Positions 11,600-24,749 are shown, counted from the first letter of the stretch. The stretch is 64,000 bases of DNA from Lama glama (GCA_028534125.1 CM052816.1:16990001-17054000); one strand, 5' to 3'. A program made the numbers and translations. The notes: generated from the sequence alone by a model not told the origin.

Positions 11600-11987
11600 C
11601 AGTGGTGTGCTGGTAGACAGCCAACAGCCAGCTTCTGTGTGACTGGAGCTGTGACTAGTGGTGTCTGCTGATTTGTATGGGGTGAATACTCCCGCAGCGG
11701 TCGATTTCAAACTACCAACGTGGACTTGGGAAGATAAATAGTAGAACAACATTATACAGTATTTTTATCATAGATATAATAGATGTAAGTAATCTTAGGG
11801 GTATAGACAATAAAAATATCTAGTAAAATAGGAAGTGATAAATTTTGTGCGCTTATCTTTGTTTTTAATATAATTTATTTAATTGTAAGTTTATATAATT
11901 TAATTTTAAAAATGGCCGTGTTTAGCAACAATTTTGCAAAATTCCTGAAAATTTAGAATCTTCTCAGACTGGACAAGCACACCATTG
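11600..11987 (-). mobile_element. MER63-like hAT-Blackjack DNA transposon
   Basis: Ends cagtggtgtgctgg and caagcacaccattg form terminal inverted repeats; the internal AT-rich segment resembles MER63. Confidence 0.7.
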
Positions 11988-13929
11988 GAGCACTCACTGT
12001 GTCCTCCCTCTAGGCCACTGGGAGATAAAGTGCAAAAGATTCCTCTGTAGAATTTAATACCAAATGTTTGTTACCAGTTATATGCAAGGCTTTAACCTTT
12101 GCTGAGCCAGGGTCTTGCTACTGGCCTTCAAGGAGCTTAGTATCTAGCAAAAAGGAGGTAAGATCTGTATCTAACTATAATGTAGGGCATAAAGTGGTAA
12201 GTGGAGTGCAATGAATGAATGCACTGTGTTCCACTGGAATGGTATTCATAGAGCTAGAAAGGCATAGAACCAGATAATCCGGAAGGCTTCTTCCACCTTA
12301 TGTTCCAAAATGTTGAGATTCCAGGAGTTCTAGGGAAGCACTGGGGCAGTAATCAATGAGGAATAAGGCTGAGTCACCCATGCTGTTCCCAGCTTCAGAA
12401 AACAGAGGCCATGTATAGGACCACAGAGTGTCTGAGCTAGAGGGTCCCATTTTTACAAGGATATAACTGAGGCCCAGAGAGAGATTTACTCAAGGTTACA
12501 AAGTGAGTTGGGGCCAAAGAGCCTTCATCCTACCATCCTGGTTTGGCCAGGACTGAGGGCTTTCCGGTGCTGTGGAACTTTCAGTGCTTATACCAGGATG
12601 GTCTTGGGCAAGCTGGGATGGTTGGTCTCCCTGAGGTGATGACGATGTGCATCCCAAGCTAATGCTTCTTTCCAAATGTGCACTCTCACTAAACTCCCCA
12701 GACCCCTGGTTCCCCCACATTTCTTTTCCCGGCTCCTTTTTTAGGGCTCTCAGACTATAGAGGCCACCACTTAGACTCTGGAGCAAGTTGGGGGTGTGGA
12801 AGTCGAGTGAGAGGATGGAGAGAGGGAGGAGGTGGCTGGAGAATGCCAGAAAAGAGATAGGATTTCTGACTTTTAACACTCCTCTGCTAATTAGATAAGG
12901 GGTAGGGGTGGGAATGGGGGTGTGGGGAGAATGAATCTCCATGCATATTCTTCTGAGTTGTGACACTGAGCAGAGCTCAGGGATTTTCAGCCTCTGGTCT
13001 CCACCCCTCCTCCTGGAAGCTTGTCTCTTGCTACCTCCTGGCGATACTTGACTCCCAGTCCAAATGCCACAGCTGCTTGAGCTCCTGATCCTCCCTTTGG
13101 CCCCCCAATTTAGCCTCAATGACTTGTAAATTTCCTCAACAATATGTCTAGGAAGGAAGAGGAGAATACTTCAATTTTCCCATTCAGATCCAGGGTTCCA
13201 GGTGTGGGAAGAGAATAGGCCTTTCTGTGTGGAAAATGGGAGCAGTTGGTGGAACACATGGGCCTGTGAGGGCTGGAGTATGTTAGACGGGATAAATCTG
13301 CCAGCGATGACTAGATTTGTTTCATGTTTAAAGGTGTGTTTCCTTCAACTAGGAAATTCCTTAGGGCTAAGCCTTGCGAATCCTAGTCACATGAGGATCT
13401 CTTCAAGGATAGCAGCTTATTTCTCCCATCAAACTGAGGTGCCCAGGTGGCAGAAACTACATCATCAATAGCCTAGAAAAGTTTGGAGTTGGAGGGGCTC
13501 ATCCAAGGAGAGATTTCAGTCAGCTAAAACCCCCTTAATTATATTTTTTATTTTCTCACTGTTCAAAATTCCCATCTCTGGACATTGGATAGGACACAGA
13601 TGTTCCCAATTAGTGTTTCTTGATTGATTGGGGGAGAAAGTATGGAGATGATTGTGGGATTTGATTAGTTTTTGGAGAAATATATATCCATCTATCCATT
13701 TATTTTTTCTAAAAATATTTACCTTAGTTCAGGCCATTATTCAAACTTATGTGTCTAAGGTTAATTATCCTTAGTTGTTTTTAGCCTGGAGGAGTTCTCC
13801 ATGTGGTCTGAGAGAGAGAAACTTAAATAAGTTACAACAATACAGTGAGATAAAGTACTCTGTGGAAAGGTTAGAGGCGGAGTGAGGATAATGAGGAAAT
13901 CCAATGGAAGAGGACTTCTGGTAGAGACT

Positions 13930-13962
13930 CGCCATCTGGTGGTAGTGAGTAGTACAACAGGC
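13930..13962 (-). promoter_or_regulatory. Candidate CTCF site with upstream motif
   Basis: Minus strand reads CTGTTGTACT-ACTCACTA-CCACCAGATGGCG: a near-consensus core with an upstream-module-like sequence at plausible spacing. Confidence 0.6.
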
Positions 13963-14149
13963 TCTTTGTTGCCCTGAGAAAGAATTCAGTACTGCAATTT
14001 CGGCTCTTATTGAGCCCCTGCCTCATGGGTAGCCAGCCCAAGGACTGGCACTGTGGTATGTACGTCGTAAAGTTTCTAAGATGACCTTGGTCCTTAAAAA
14101 ACTTGCAGTGTGCTTGTGTATATAAACTATAATTGAAAAACGTATTAAC

Positions 14150-17100
14150 TAAACATAAATATTTGATTGTTGTCATGTACACACATGAACAAATACACTT
14201 CAAAAATGTGATTCATGCTTGCCACCAAAAAAAGTAAACAAAATGGAAATATGTAATGTAGAAAATGAGAGTCTCCCCTGTCTAACTCCCTGTAAGCAAC
14301 CGTTATGGGCAGTTTAGTGTGGATTCTTCTCTCCGCATGTATAAATGCTTATATATACATAGTTAAAAAAATAGAATTGTGCTAATCCTCAATTTGGTTT
14401 TTACATTTTTATATCATGGACCCCTTTTTGTGATACTACGTATCAATTTACCTTGTTTTTCTCTTAATTTTTATATTAAATCAGAATTAAGCATGCTCTT
14501 ACAAGTTAATAGTTCTGTAAGGTTTGTTAAGAAAAACAGTAGCCCTCTTCAACTGTATCCCCATTGTCCTCTCAAGAAGCAGCAACTTTCATTTCTTTAT
14601 CTGATGTTGTTAGTATTATCTTCATATTTCTAAAAAAAAAAACCTATTTGCATCCTATGTATTGATATTTCAATTTTAGGTATTATTTATTGACTTCCCA
14701 CCATGGATGATGAGAACTGGCCTCTCCTCTTTACACCTACCAAACACAAATGCATCTTTCTCATATTTCCATCTCCCAACATAAATTGTAATTTGACTTT
14801 GGTCAATATTCAGCGTTTACATTATAATCATGTATACTATTTAAAGGAGAGTCGTGTAGTAAACCAGGCTTACTTTTCTTTCCCTGCAAGTCTTTTCATT
14901 TTCCCTGGAATTAGTAATTATCTTTGTTGTTGTGTTTGCCTGGTTTTCTATGTCTGTGTCAGCACTTCAGCCCCAAATGCTGGCACTTACCTAAAACACC
15001 TGTGAAGACATTTAGTTCTCAGACTTGCTCCCATCTTGCTTAGTCACTTCTTTACACTCTGCATAGTGTCATCTTAGTGTCTTGTTTCACCATCACAATG
15101 AGGGTTCACTTTACTTCTCCACTTTGTTGCACATCCTGTTTCTTAAGTCTTATGCCTATGTCTGTTTACTCCCTCATTGTGGTAAATAACATTTCAGTAG
15201 CTTCTTGAGAAAGGAAGCATAGGAAACAAATTTCTTGAGAAACATAGCTGAAAAATTTTATTCTACTCTCACTTGATTGATAGTTTAAATTTTTTAAATT
15301 AATATTTTGGAGAAATAGAATTGTAGACTGGAAATAATGTTCCTATAGATTGTTGAGGTCATTGTCTAGTGTCTTCTAGTTCTGTGTTACTGTTGAGAAA
15401 TCTTACACTGTCCTAAATGTTGGTCTTTTGTAGGTTACCTGTTCTTCCCTTCACCCTCCTTAGAAGCTTTTAGAAACTTTTCTTTATCCTCACCATACTG
15501 AAATTTCACAGTGATTGGCTTTGATGTAGACATGAAAGGGAGCAGAACCCTGTGCCCCTCGCTCCCCTGCCTCTTGTTTATAAAAAAGCTGAAGTCTTCC
15601 AGGCCTCTCTGAGTCGTAGAAGAGCGGGCTCAAGCAGTTGATTAGGACAAGCCAGCAGGCACTGGGGGGTGGCAATGACTCTGACCACCTATGTCAACGA
15701 TTAACTGAGATTATTCCTTCAGGTCCCTTAAAAATTTTCATGGCTGAACAGAATCTTTGGAGATTTTGGGGGGGGGGATGCTGGATTGCAGGCATTGTGG
15801 TTAAAAGCCACTTTCCTTTTTGTTACCAAGGCTGTTGCCCCTAGGATTATACTCCTGCCCCTCCCTCAAACAGAAACCAGTTACTCTTATCTAAGTCTCA
15901 GGAGGCAGCTGCAGAGAAGAGTAAGAACTGGTTAGAACCCAGTCCAAGATGGTGGAGGATTTGACTTCCAGTGGACCTTGAGCCTCATTACACACTTACT
16001 GTAATATATTAGCATGCTAAGTGACACACCTACCAGCACCATGACAGTTGACAATTGCCATGACAACAACCAGAAAAGCCCAGACAAGGACTGAAATACC
16101 AGAACGAGGACTGATTGTCTCCATCACACCCGGAAGGAAGACATGATGGCAAAAGCCTCCCATAAAAGTCCACGTGGCCAGACCTGGGCTAGAGCTGTCC
16201 TTACTGCCGATGTTGGCTGACAGGCCTCTTTCTTGCTTGAGTGCTTTTCTTCCCTTCTCCCTATTGGAGCATTGTCCTTCCATTTCCCATTCTGAGCAAT
16301 AAAGCAGCTGTTCACTTTGTCTCTCTGCCTCTGTTGTGAGAATTCTTTCACAGCAGGCAGCAAGAACCCACTTGGTGGGCTTCCTAATTTAGGGGTCCCT
16401 CCATTCACTAACAGAACTTTTCATTTCTTATGATTAGTACTCATGGACTCTTTTAATCTGTAAACATGTCTTTTTAGACTGGTAAACTATCTCATATATT
16501 TCTTTGATCATTTCTTCCCCTTCACTTTCTGTTCTCTTTCTCTACAATTAGTTGTTTGTGTGTGTGATGGGGCGGGGGTGGTTACTGAGCCTCCTGAAAC
16601 CAATCCTCTCATTTTATCTCTTCTTTCCTGTTTTCTATTGTAAAAAATTTTTGTTGTCATTGTTTTATTATCTAGGAGAATTCCTCAACTTTGTCTTCTA
16701 ACCTTTATATTAGATTCTTTTTATTTCTGCATCAAATGTTTAATACCTAAGAGTTTTCTTGTATTCTTTGAATATTTATTTATTCTAAAAATTATACTCT
16801 GTTCTTGTTTCAAGATTGCAGTATCTTCTCCTCTTTGAGGATATAACTTTTTAAAAGTTTTCTTTTGTTTCCTGCATTCTTTCTTCTTTAAAGTTCCTTT
16901 TTTTTTCTATTATATTAAAGCCTGTCTCAAAAATCTGGTGATGCTAGGTTATTCATTCATACTTAATAATAAAGAGCTACAAAGCTGGTAGGAAACTATT
17001 TGTACCTGGATGGGGCTTGTTTAATGACGTACATCACTTTATAGTATAAGGTAGTCTCCTAGCTAGTTCACCAGGGAACCCCAAGCATCAATATCTTTTA

Positions 17101-17330
17101 AGTCTTTTCTCTAGGGCTGGTCACTTTCTCTGGAAAGAAGTCTTTCAATCTATCAGAATTCTGGGAACCACATGGGGAATCACTATGAACTCTCACCATT
17201 CAGACTTATTTAATGGCTTGCTCCTGGTTTGTGTCTGGTCTCCCTGAGCTTAGAATCTCTCTGATTCAGCTACCAGAAAGAAAATCTCCAGTCTTCTGCT
17301 GGATTGAGGAGGGAACATGAAACTCTAATC
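14150..17330 (-). mobile_element. Old degraded L1 (L1M-type) interrupted by LTR sequence
   Basis: T-rich antisense L1-like text such as ttgttgaggtcattgtctagtgtcttctag...gttgagaaatc; boundaries approximate. Confidence 0.55.
15530..16413 (+). mobile_element. ERV LTR-like insertion, possibly composite
   Basis: TG start at ~15532 or 15821, CA end at 16413, TATA-like cataaaa near 16161, AATAAA at 16298-16303; interrupts the old L1. Confidence 0.65.
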
Positions 17331-17374
17331 TGCTTCCTAATGAGTCATTTAACCTACCTACCTTCTGTCCTCTC

Positions 17375-18410
17375 ACATGTGTAACTGCCCCCATTATCAA
17401 CATTACTCACCATTCTACATCTTTCCCTACACTGACCCATCATAATCACTCAAAGTCCATAGTTTACCTAAGGGTTCACTCTTGTGCATTCTGTGGGTTT
17501 GGACAAATGTATGATGACATGTACCCATCAATGTGGTACCATACAGAGTATTTTCACTGCCCTAAATATCCTCTGTGCTCTGCCTCTTCATCCCTATCTC
17601 CTCCCTAACCCTCCCACCCAACCCTGGCAACCACTGATATTTTTACTGTCTCTATGGTTTTGCTTTTTCCAGAGTGTCATATAGTTAGAATCATAAAGTA
17701 TGTAGTCTTTTCAGATTGGCTTCTTTCACCTAGTAAGATTCCTTTATGTCTTTTCATGGCTTGATAGCTTATTTCTTTTCAGCACTGAATAATATTCCAT
17801 TGTCTGGATGTGCCACAATTTATTTATCCATTCACCTGCTGAAGAATATCTTGGTTGCTTCCAAGTTTTGGCAATTATGAATGAAGCTGCTATAAACATG
17901 TTTGTCCAGGTTTTTGTGAGAACATAAGTCTTCAAGTTGTTTGGGTAAATACCAAGGAGCATGATTGCTGGATCATATGGAAGGGTGTGTTTACTTTTGT
18001 AAGAAACAGTCAAACTGTTTTCCTAAGTGACTGTACCATTTTGCATTCCCACCAGCAATGAACGAGAGTTCCTGTTGCTCCACATCTTTGCCAGTATTTG
18101 GTGTTGTCAGCATTTTGGATTTTGGCCCTTCTAACAGGTGTGTAGTGGTACCACATTGTTGTTTTAATTTGCACTTCCCTGTTGATATACTGATGTGCAG
18201 CATTCTTTTCATGTGCTTATTTGCCATCTATATATCTTCCTTGGTGAGGTGTCTGTTAAGGTCTGTAGCCCATTTTTTAGTTGAATTTTTGTTTTCTCAT
18301 TGTTGAGTTTAAGAGTTCTTTGCATATTTAGGATAAAAGTCTTTTATCAGATTTGTCTTTTGCAAATATTTCTTCCAGTCTGTGGCTTGTCTTCTCATTC
18401 CTTTGATACT
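17375..18410 (-). mobile_element. L1 3' region (older L1MA/MB/MC type)
   Basis: ORF2 C-terminal-like peptides (LPYDPAIMLLGIYP..., MFIAASFIIAKTWKQP) followed by 3' UTR sequence. Confidence 0.85.
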
Positions 18411-18431
18411 ATGTTTTTTAAAACCACAGTT

Positions 18432-18469
18432 AATAATAATAACAACAACAACAACAACAACAATAATAA
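18432..18469 (+). repeat. (AAT)n(AAC)n microsatellite
   Basis: aataataataacaacaacaacaacaacaacaataataa. Confidence 0.9.
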
Positions 18470-18649
18470 GATTATTTGTTCCATGAAATTTTGATAGAAC
18501 TCACCAGTAAAACTCTCTAAACTTGGTGCCCTCTTTAAAATAGAGCTTTGAAAACTTGTAATTTCTTCAATGGTCATTGATCTATAATGGTTTTCTACCT
18601 CTTCTTCAATTTTGGTAATTTATTTATTCCTCAGGAATAATTCACTGTA

Positions 18650-19560
18650 CCATAAAAAAATCAAAAGTCAAATGAAAAGTTGGGGGAAAAGATTTACAAT
18701 TATCAGAGAAAGGTTAATTTACCTAATATGGAGTGAGCCTAGAAACTAGTTCACAACTCAATAGAAAAATTGACAAAGAACATGAATAGAGCCTTCATAG
18801 ATCAAGAAATAAAAGTGGCCCTTCAATATATGAAAAAATGCTTAAGCTCAGTCATAATAAAAGGAATGCAAGTAGAAACTACACTGAGATACCACTTTTC
18901 ACCAATCAGACTAGTGAGAATCCAAAAGTTAGATAACATAATATGTTAGCATGGCTATGGAGAAATACTAAAACTGATTTCCATTGCTGAAAGGAATGCA
19001 AAATGCCATAAACCCTGAGAAAGGGAATCTGAAGATAGTGGCGAAAATTATAGATGTGTTTACCCGTTGATCCAGAATTCCACTTGTGGGACTCTATCTG
19101 CAGACACAACTTCCCAAGTATTAAATGACATGTGTATAAGATTATTCATTGGAGCACTGTTTATAATAGCAAAAGATAGAAACAACACAGCAACATGGAA
19201 TAGGTGAAATAAACTATCCACACAATGGTATACTCTGCAGCCCTAGAACAGTAACTGATAATACCTCTTCTCTATGTACTGTTTTGGAGAGTTTCTGCTA
19301 AATAAAAAAGTGAGGTACAGAGCCAGGTGAAGAGTGTGTACCTTTTGTATTAATATAAGGTGTAAGAAGAGTATATATTAATAGTTTCCATATTATCATA
19401 AAGAAACAGAACTAATACATAAGAAACTAAAGTGGTTTCCTACAGGCTCAAAGATGTTGTCAGTAGGATATGGGTAAATGTGGGCAAGATGAGAGGCAGA
19501 CTTTTCCAATCTTTTTATATGGTTTTGATTTTCAATGTGAATTATTATTACACATTAAAA
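18650..19560 (+). mobile_element. Old L1 fragment (ORF2 end and 3' UTR), sense orientation
   Basis: atatgaaaaaatgcttaagctcagtcataataaaaggaatgcaa...gatccagaattccacttgtgg...ttataatagcaaaa. Confidence 0.75.
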
Positions 19561-19609
19561 TCATTACAATTTAAAAAATATATACATTAGCTTTTCAAAA
19601 GGTATTTTA

Positions 19610-20742
19610 TTTTATTTATTTTTTATACAGAAGAAACTTTTAAAAATCTATTTTTATATACAGTGGCTAAAAATTGTAAATCTCAAACTCCCAAATTTAT
19701 TCCTTCTCACCCCCTTTCCCTGGTAACCATCAGATTGTTTACTATGTCTGTGAGTCTGTTTCTATTTTGTAGACGAGTTCATAGTGTCCTTTTATTTATT
19801 TATTTATTTTTTAGGTTACACATATGAGTGATATCCTATGGTATTTTTCTTTCTCTTTCTGGCTTACTTCACTTAGAATGATGATCTCTAGGTCCATTCA
19901 TGTTGTTGCAAATGGCATTTTTAAATTCTTCTTATGGCTGAGTAGTATTCCATTGTATAAATATACCTCAACTTCTTTATCCAGTCATCTGTGGATGGAC
20001 ATTTGCTTCCATGTCTTGGCTATTGTATGTAGTGCTTCTATGAACTTTGGGGTGCATGTATCTTTTCAAATTAGAGTTCCCTCTGGATATATACCCAGCA
20101 GTGGGATTGCTGGATCATATGGTAAGTCTATTTTTATTTTTTTTGAGGAATCTCCATACTGTTTTCTATAATAGCTGCACCAAACTACATTCCCACCAGC
20201 AGCATAGGAGGGTTCCTTTTCTTCCATACCCTCTCCAGCATTTATCATTCATGGACTTTTTAATGATGGCCATTCTGACTGGTGTGAGATGATACCTCAT
20301 TATAGGTTTGATTTCGATTTCTCTGATAATTAGTGATAATGAGCATTTTTTTCATGTGCCTATTGGCCATTTGTATGTCTTCATTGGAGACTTGCTTATT
20401 TAGGTCTTCTGCCCATTTTTGGCTTGGGTTGTTTGTTTTTTTGTTATTAATTTTTATTTGCTATTTGTATATTCTGGAAATTAAACCTTTGTCAGTTACA
20501 TCATTTGCAAATATTTTCTCCCCTTCCATACATTGTCGTTTTGTTTTGCTTATGGTTTCCTTTACTGTACAAAAACTTATAAGTTTAATTAGGTCTCATT
20601 TGCTTATTTTTGCTCTTCTTTCTTTTGCCTGGGTAGACTGCCCTAGGAGAACATTGCTAAGATTTATATCAGAGAATGTTTTGCCTATGTTCTCTTCTAG
20701 GAGATTTATCATGTCTTGTCTTATATTTAAGTCTTTAAGCCA
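19610..20742 (-). mobile_element. 5'-truncated LINE-1 of the same family as 494-1686
   Basis: Visibly similar to 494-1686; 15-bp TSD tcaaaag(g/a)tatttta at 19595-19609 and 20743-20757 at a TT/AAAA-type site. Confidence 0.93.
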
Positions 20743-20879
20743 TCAAAAGATATTTTAAAAGGCTGTACAAATGTAAATTTGTATAATAAGCTTGCTGCAA
20801 TTTAGGATCTCAAGAATAGTCCTTGCTTTCAGAAAAAATTTAAATCTGGAAAATAAAATAATATACATAAAACATTTTT

Positions 20880-21480
20880 TTAAATTGACAATACTGAAAT
20901 AAGGAGAGGATCTGATAAGCACTGAATGATGGATCTGACCCTAAGTTCTGTGGGATTCATAGCAGGAGTGGTTTCAGTGGGCTTAGCTTTGGAGAGGAGG
21001 TGATATTGACAGGGCTTTGAAGGACAAACAGGAATTGGGTAGAGAGAAGGACACAGGTTACTCCAGACACAAACTCAAGTGTGACATTGTATTTCTGAGA
21101 TAATAAGTATCCCTCTGATATTTCTCAAAGTACTTAGGAGTTGGGCTGAAAGTGGAAGCAGGTTTTTAAAAACAAGAAGTCAGGCATGCAAAGGGTACAG
21201 GGAGAGGGTCTCTAGAAGAGGACCCCAAGGGCAAATGCTCTGAGATCTTGAGTCTGGGAGAGAGAAAGCTGAGAAAGGTGAGGGGAGCAGCAGGAGCCAC
21301 ACACACGAGCCCTTTGTTTTAGGTGCAGTGGGAAGTCATTGCAGGACTGTAAGTGTATGTATGGGAAATCGTGGGAGTCTAACTCACTTTTTAAGATGAC
21401 CATTCTGGCTGTTGTGTGGAAATGAATTGGTGGGGGTGGGACAGAAAGACTGAGAAATCTTCTCAAGAAGAACTGACTGT
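20880..21480 (+). mobile_element. L2 LINE remnant (continues at ~22850-23130)
   Basis: gggaagtcattgcagg...aagatgaccattctggctgttgtgtggaaatgaattgg resembles L2 sequence. Confidence 0.6.
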
Positions 21481-22773
21481 GTCTTGGTATAGACGAAATA
21501 AAATTCACATATTAAGGCAAGACCAAAGAAAATTTAAACATAAAATATTTTTCTGCTCATTTGGGCCTTCTTCCTCCCTTCTAGTGTGCATTGTACATCT
21601 TCATTATGCATTAACAAGACCTCCTCAGTGACAGAAATACCTACTAGACTGTAAATATCAACTTTTCTTCTGGTGCCAGCCACGTAACTCCTTAGAAGAT
21701 AATATTCCTTTCTCCATTCTGTAAGGGGTCATTATGACCTACCACTTGCCTTGCATGGGCAGATAGTTTTAGTAAACTTTATGTACAATGCCAGTATATC
21801 ATTTCCCTCAAGATAGTGGTTGGTGCAGAACAGATTGGTCAGATGACCTGGGTAGATACTGGGCCACACCTAATGAAAGTTCTTAGCTGAAATATTTAAT
21901 TATGACCTTATTAATGTTACTGGCTGTATTACTTGTATTTTGCCTATTTTATAATGTTACTGTTTCTTGCATTTCCAAATGTGGGACTGAGCCTCAGATA
22001 AAATTAATGATGATTAGGCGACTTGAAACAATTGATCAATTATATAGTTCTATAAGATCAATGACTGTGATAGCATAACTCTAGATATGGGAAGAAGCAA
22101 CAAGAGGGAATAATTTTGTTGACCATAAGTAAGACAGGTGGTCCACATGACTTTGGCTACTGTTAACAGGGCCTAGTCCAGTAATAGCACATTAAGTGGC
22201 CTATCAACGAAATCCTTGCCTGATCTGGGCATGAGCATTCCTAGTGCCGTGGGACAAATTGGACATGAAATGCCTCCAGAACCTTGGTTGAGATTACAAG
22301 CGAAAGAGAAGGGATTGTAAGGTAAAGAATGCTGCCCACCATCAGGTTCTGCAAGAATCAAGTTATTAGCCACTGCAGCTGCTGACCTACAAAATACTCT
22401 GAAATGAATTCAGGGTGAAGATCAGGATAAGGCACTCTGTGATCTGGAAAAACAGGCCTTCAGAGACTTAGAAATTTTCAGGAGAAATTTTTATAAACCT
22501 GGATTCTTGCATCTTCCTATACTTAGAAAAGCACTAAAACTATCAACTAAGATGTTCCTCATGGCTAGCAGCAACCTTCTACTGAGATGTGTGTTTGACT
22601 GCATGTACCCCCTTAACCAAAATCAGGTATATACTGATCTGCCCCCTTACCTCTTCAGAACAGTTCTCAGAGCTATCTGAGAGACTCTCCTGGGTTATAA
22701 TCCTCAGTGTGAGTTGAATAAAATTTTCCATTTCTTTCTTAGATTGATTATTGATTAATTTTTTTAGTTGACA
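21480..22773 (+). mobile_element. ERV1-like LTR insertion within L2
   Basis: AATAAA at 22717-22722, terminal ...agttgaCA at 22773, and LTR-like text cccccttacctcttcagaacagttctcagagctatctgagagact; left boundary approximate. Confidence 0.65.
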
Positions 22774-24431
22774 GTACTTAACCTTTCTCCCTCATCCTTG
22801 ATCCCTACCTAAATCTTGGCATTTTTTAGCCTGTGTGACTGGGGAGAAGGGTGAGGGTATCACCTGGGAAGTCAGGGCTCACTTGGTGAGAAGGTGATGG
22901 TAGCAGAGCCCATTGGAAATATTTGGTTGGTAGTTGGAAATTAGGCTCAGGAGCTTTGGAGGGAGGACAGACTTTTGAAGGTCTAGATTTGTGAGTCTGC
23001 TGTGGAGAGGAAATAGTTGAAGCTGTGAGGCTGTATGAGGCATCAGAGAGAAGGAATTGAGAGAAAAGAGCAGAGGGCCAAATACAGATCCTCAGCGAAC
23101 TGACACTAGCGAAAGAAGAAGGGGGATGGATAAAGAGTAAGGTTGCAGTACCAGGGCGGTGTGGAATCCCAGGACAATTTAAGCTAAGAGGTGGAGTGCC
23201 AGCTGAGAGACGAATATAGTAGCTGTGTGGCAAAGGAAGAGCCTTCGTGGGCTGGAGTACTCAGGAAGGCTTGTGGTAGAAATAGGACTTGAAAGGACCT
23301 TGAAATATGGGTAGACTGGGTGGATGGAGATCAAGGTAGGGGGGTTCCAGAGTAAAAGGCACAAGAACAAAGGCATAGCAGACAATTCTGATCATTGAGT
23401 GTATGTGCAAGGTCACGGAGTGATTGATGTCTGTGAGTGAAGTGTTCTAACCAGGAAGTCTGGGGTGATAAATGCATGTAAAAAGAGTTGAATCAGTTAG
23501 CTGATCAATGGAAGTGTTTTTTGAGCACCTCTGTGTACCAGGCACCAGATTAGATGCTGGAAATATACCCATGAACCAACTGACCGAGGCCCAGTGCCCT
23601 AGAGCATACCCTTTAGCAAATCAGACAGGTTTTCACAAGCACAGTTTAGATTTTATTCTGTGGGATGCTTCTCTCATGTAGCCCCATAATGGGAGCCGAT
23701 GGAGAGATATCCCCAGCCTATGGGGGACACAAAAGGGAGTGTATGCAGAGGAAGTCTCGACTGTTGAATAGCTGGGTCTCCAACAACTTCATGAGTGTGT
23801 GAGCCTGAACTGTGTACACACAGACCAGGATGAGTGCACTGGCAAGCAGGGAAGTGGTTAGAGTTTCTGAGAAAGTCATTCATTTGGAGAGATTCATCCC
23901 CTTTGCAAGGGGAATTCACTTAAGAGTAAAGCCTTTGTTTGGTTTAAGTTGCAGGAGTGAAACTCTGATGATGGAATTACTGGTTTGAATTAGTAGGAAG
24001 AAAAGATATTTGGTGGGGAGAGAGCAGTCAAAGCCATCCCTGGCTCTGAAATCACACTTTCCAGGAGCAGCCTCCCTACTCAGAGACCAGCTCTTGCCTA
24101 CAATGGGATGTAATGGATACTGCTTTACCCTCTGGATATCTATTTTGACCATTCAGAACTGGAAGTAAGTGTTCTTAGATTTTTAGAGATGAAATCATTC
24201 ACTCTCAATTCCTAATTAACTATCACCCTGTTTGCCCTGCAAACTCTGCTTTCCCAGAGAAAACAAAAGAGAGAGGAAGAAGAGAAAGGGGCAATAGGCA
24301 GGAGGATACAGGCTTAAAACCCTGCTTGAAACTAAAAGGAAAGTCAAAGGAAATAGACAAAGGTTCTTCCTGAGCTTGGGACCAGCAGGGACTGATGCAG
24401 ATTCCTGAAGATATTTTTTAAAAGCAGTAGG

Positions 24432-24748
24432 TAAGAAAGTGGGCATAGAGGGAACATACCTCAAAACAATAAAGGCCATATATGACAAAGCCACAGCTAA
24501 CATCATATTCAGTGGTGAAAAGCTGAAAACATACCCTCTAAGATCAATAACAAGACAGGACTGTCCACTCTCACTGCTTCTATTCGACATAGTTTGAAAG
24601 TCCGAGCCACAGCAATCAGAGAAGAAAAACAAATGAAAGAAATCCAAATTGGAAAGGAAGAAGTAAAATGGTCACTGTTTGCAGATGACATGATACTATA
24701 TATAGAAAATCCTAAAGATGCCACCAGAAAACTACTAGAGCTCATCAG
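24432..24748 (+). mobile_element. Isolated internal L1 ORF2 reverse-transcriptase fragment
   Basis: Translates to [35 protein letters not shown], containing the FADD catalytic motif. Confidence 0.92.
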
Positions 24749-24749
24749 C

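Noticed and set aside
12496..13119. 207-aa minus-strand ORF upstream of WNT8A
   Set aside because: Non-ATG start, no recognisable domain, and part of it overlaps repeat-like sequence near 12440-12620.
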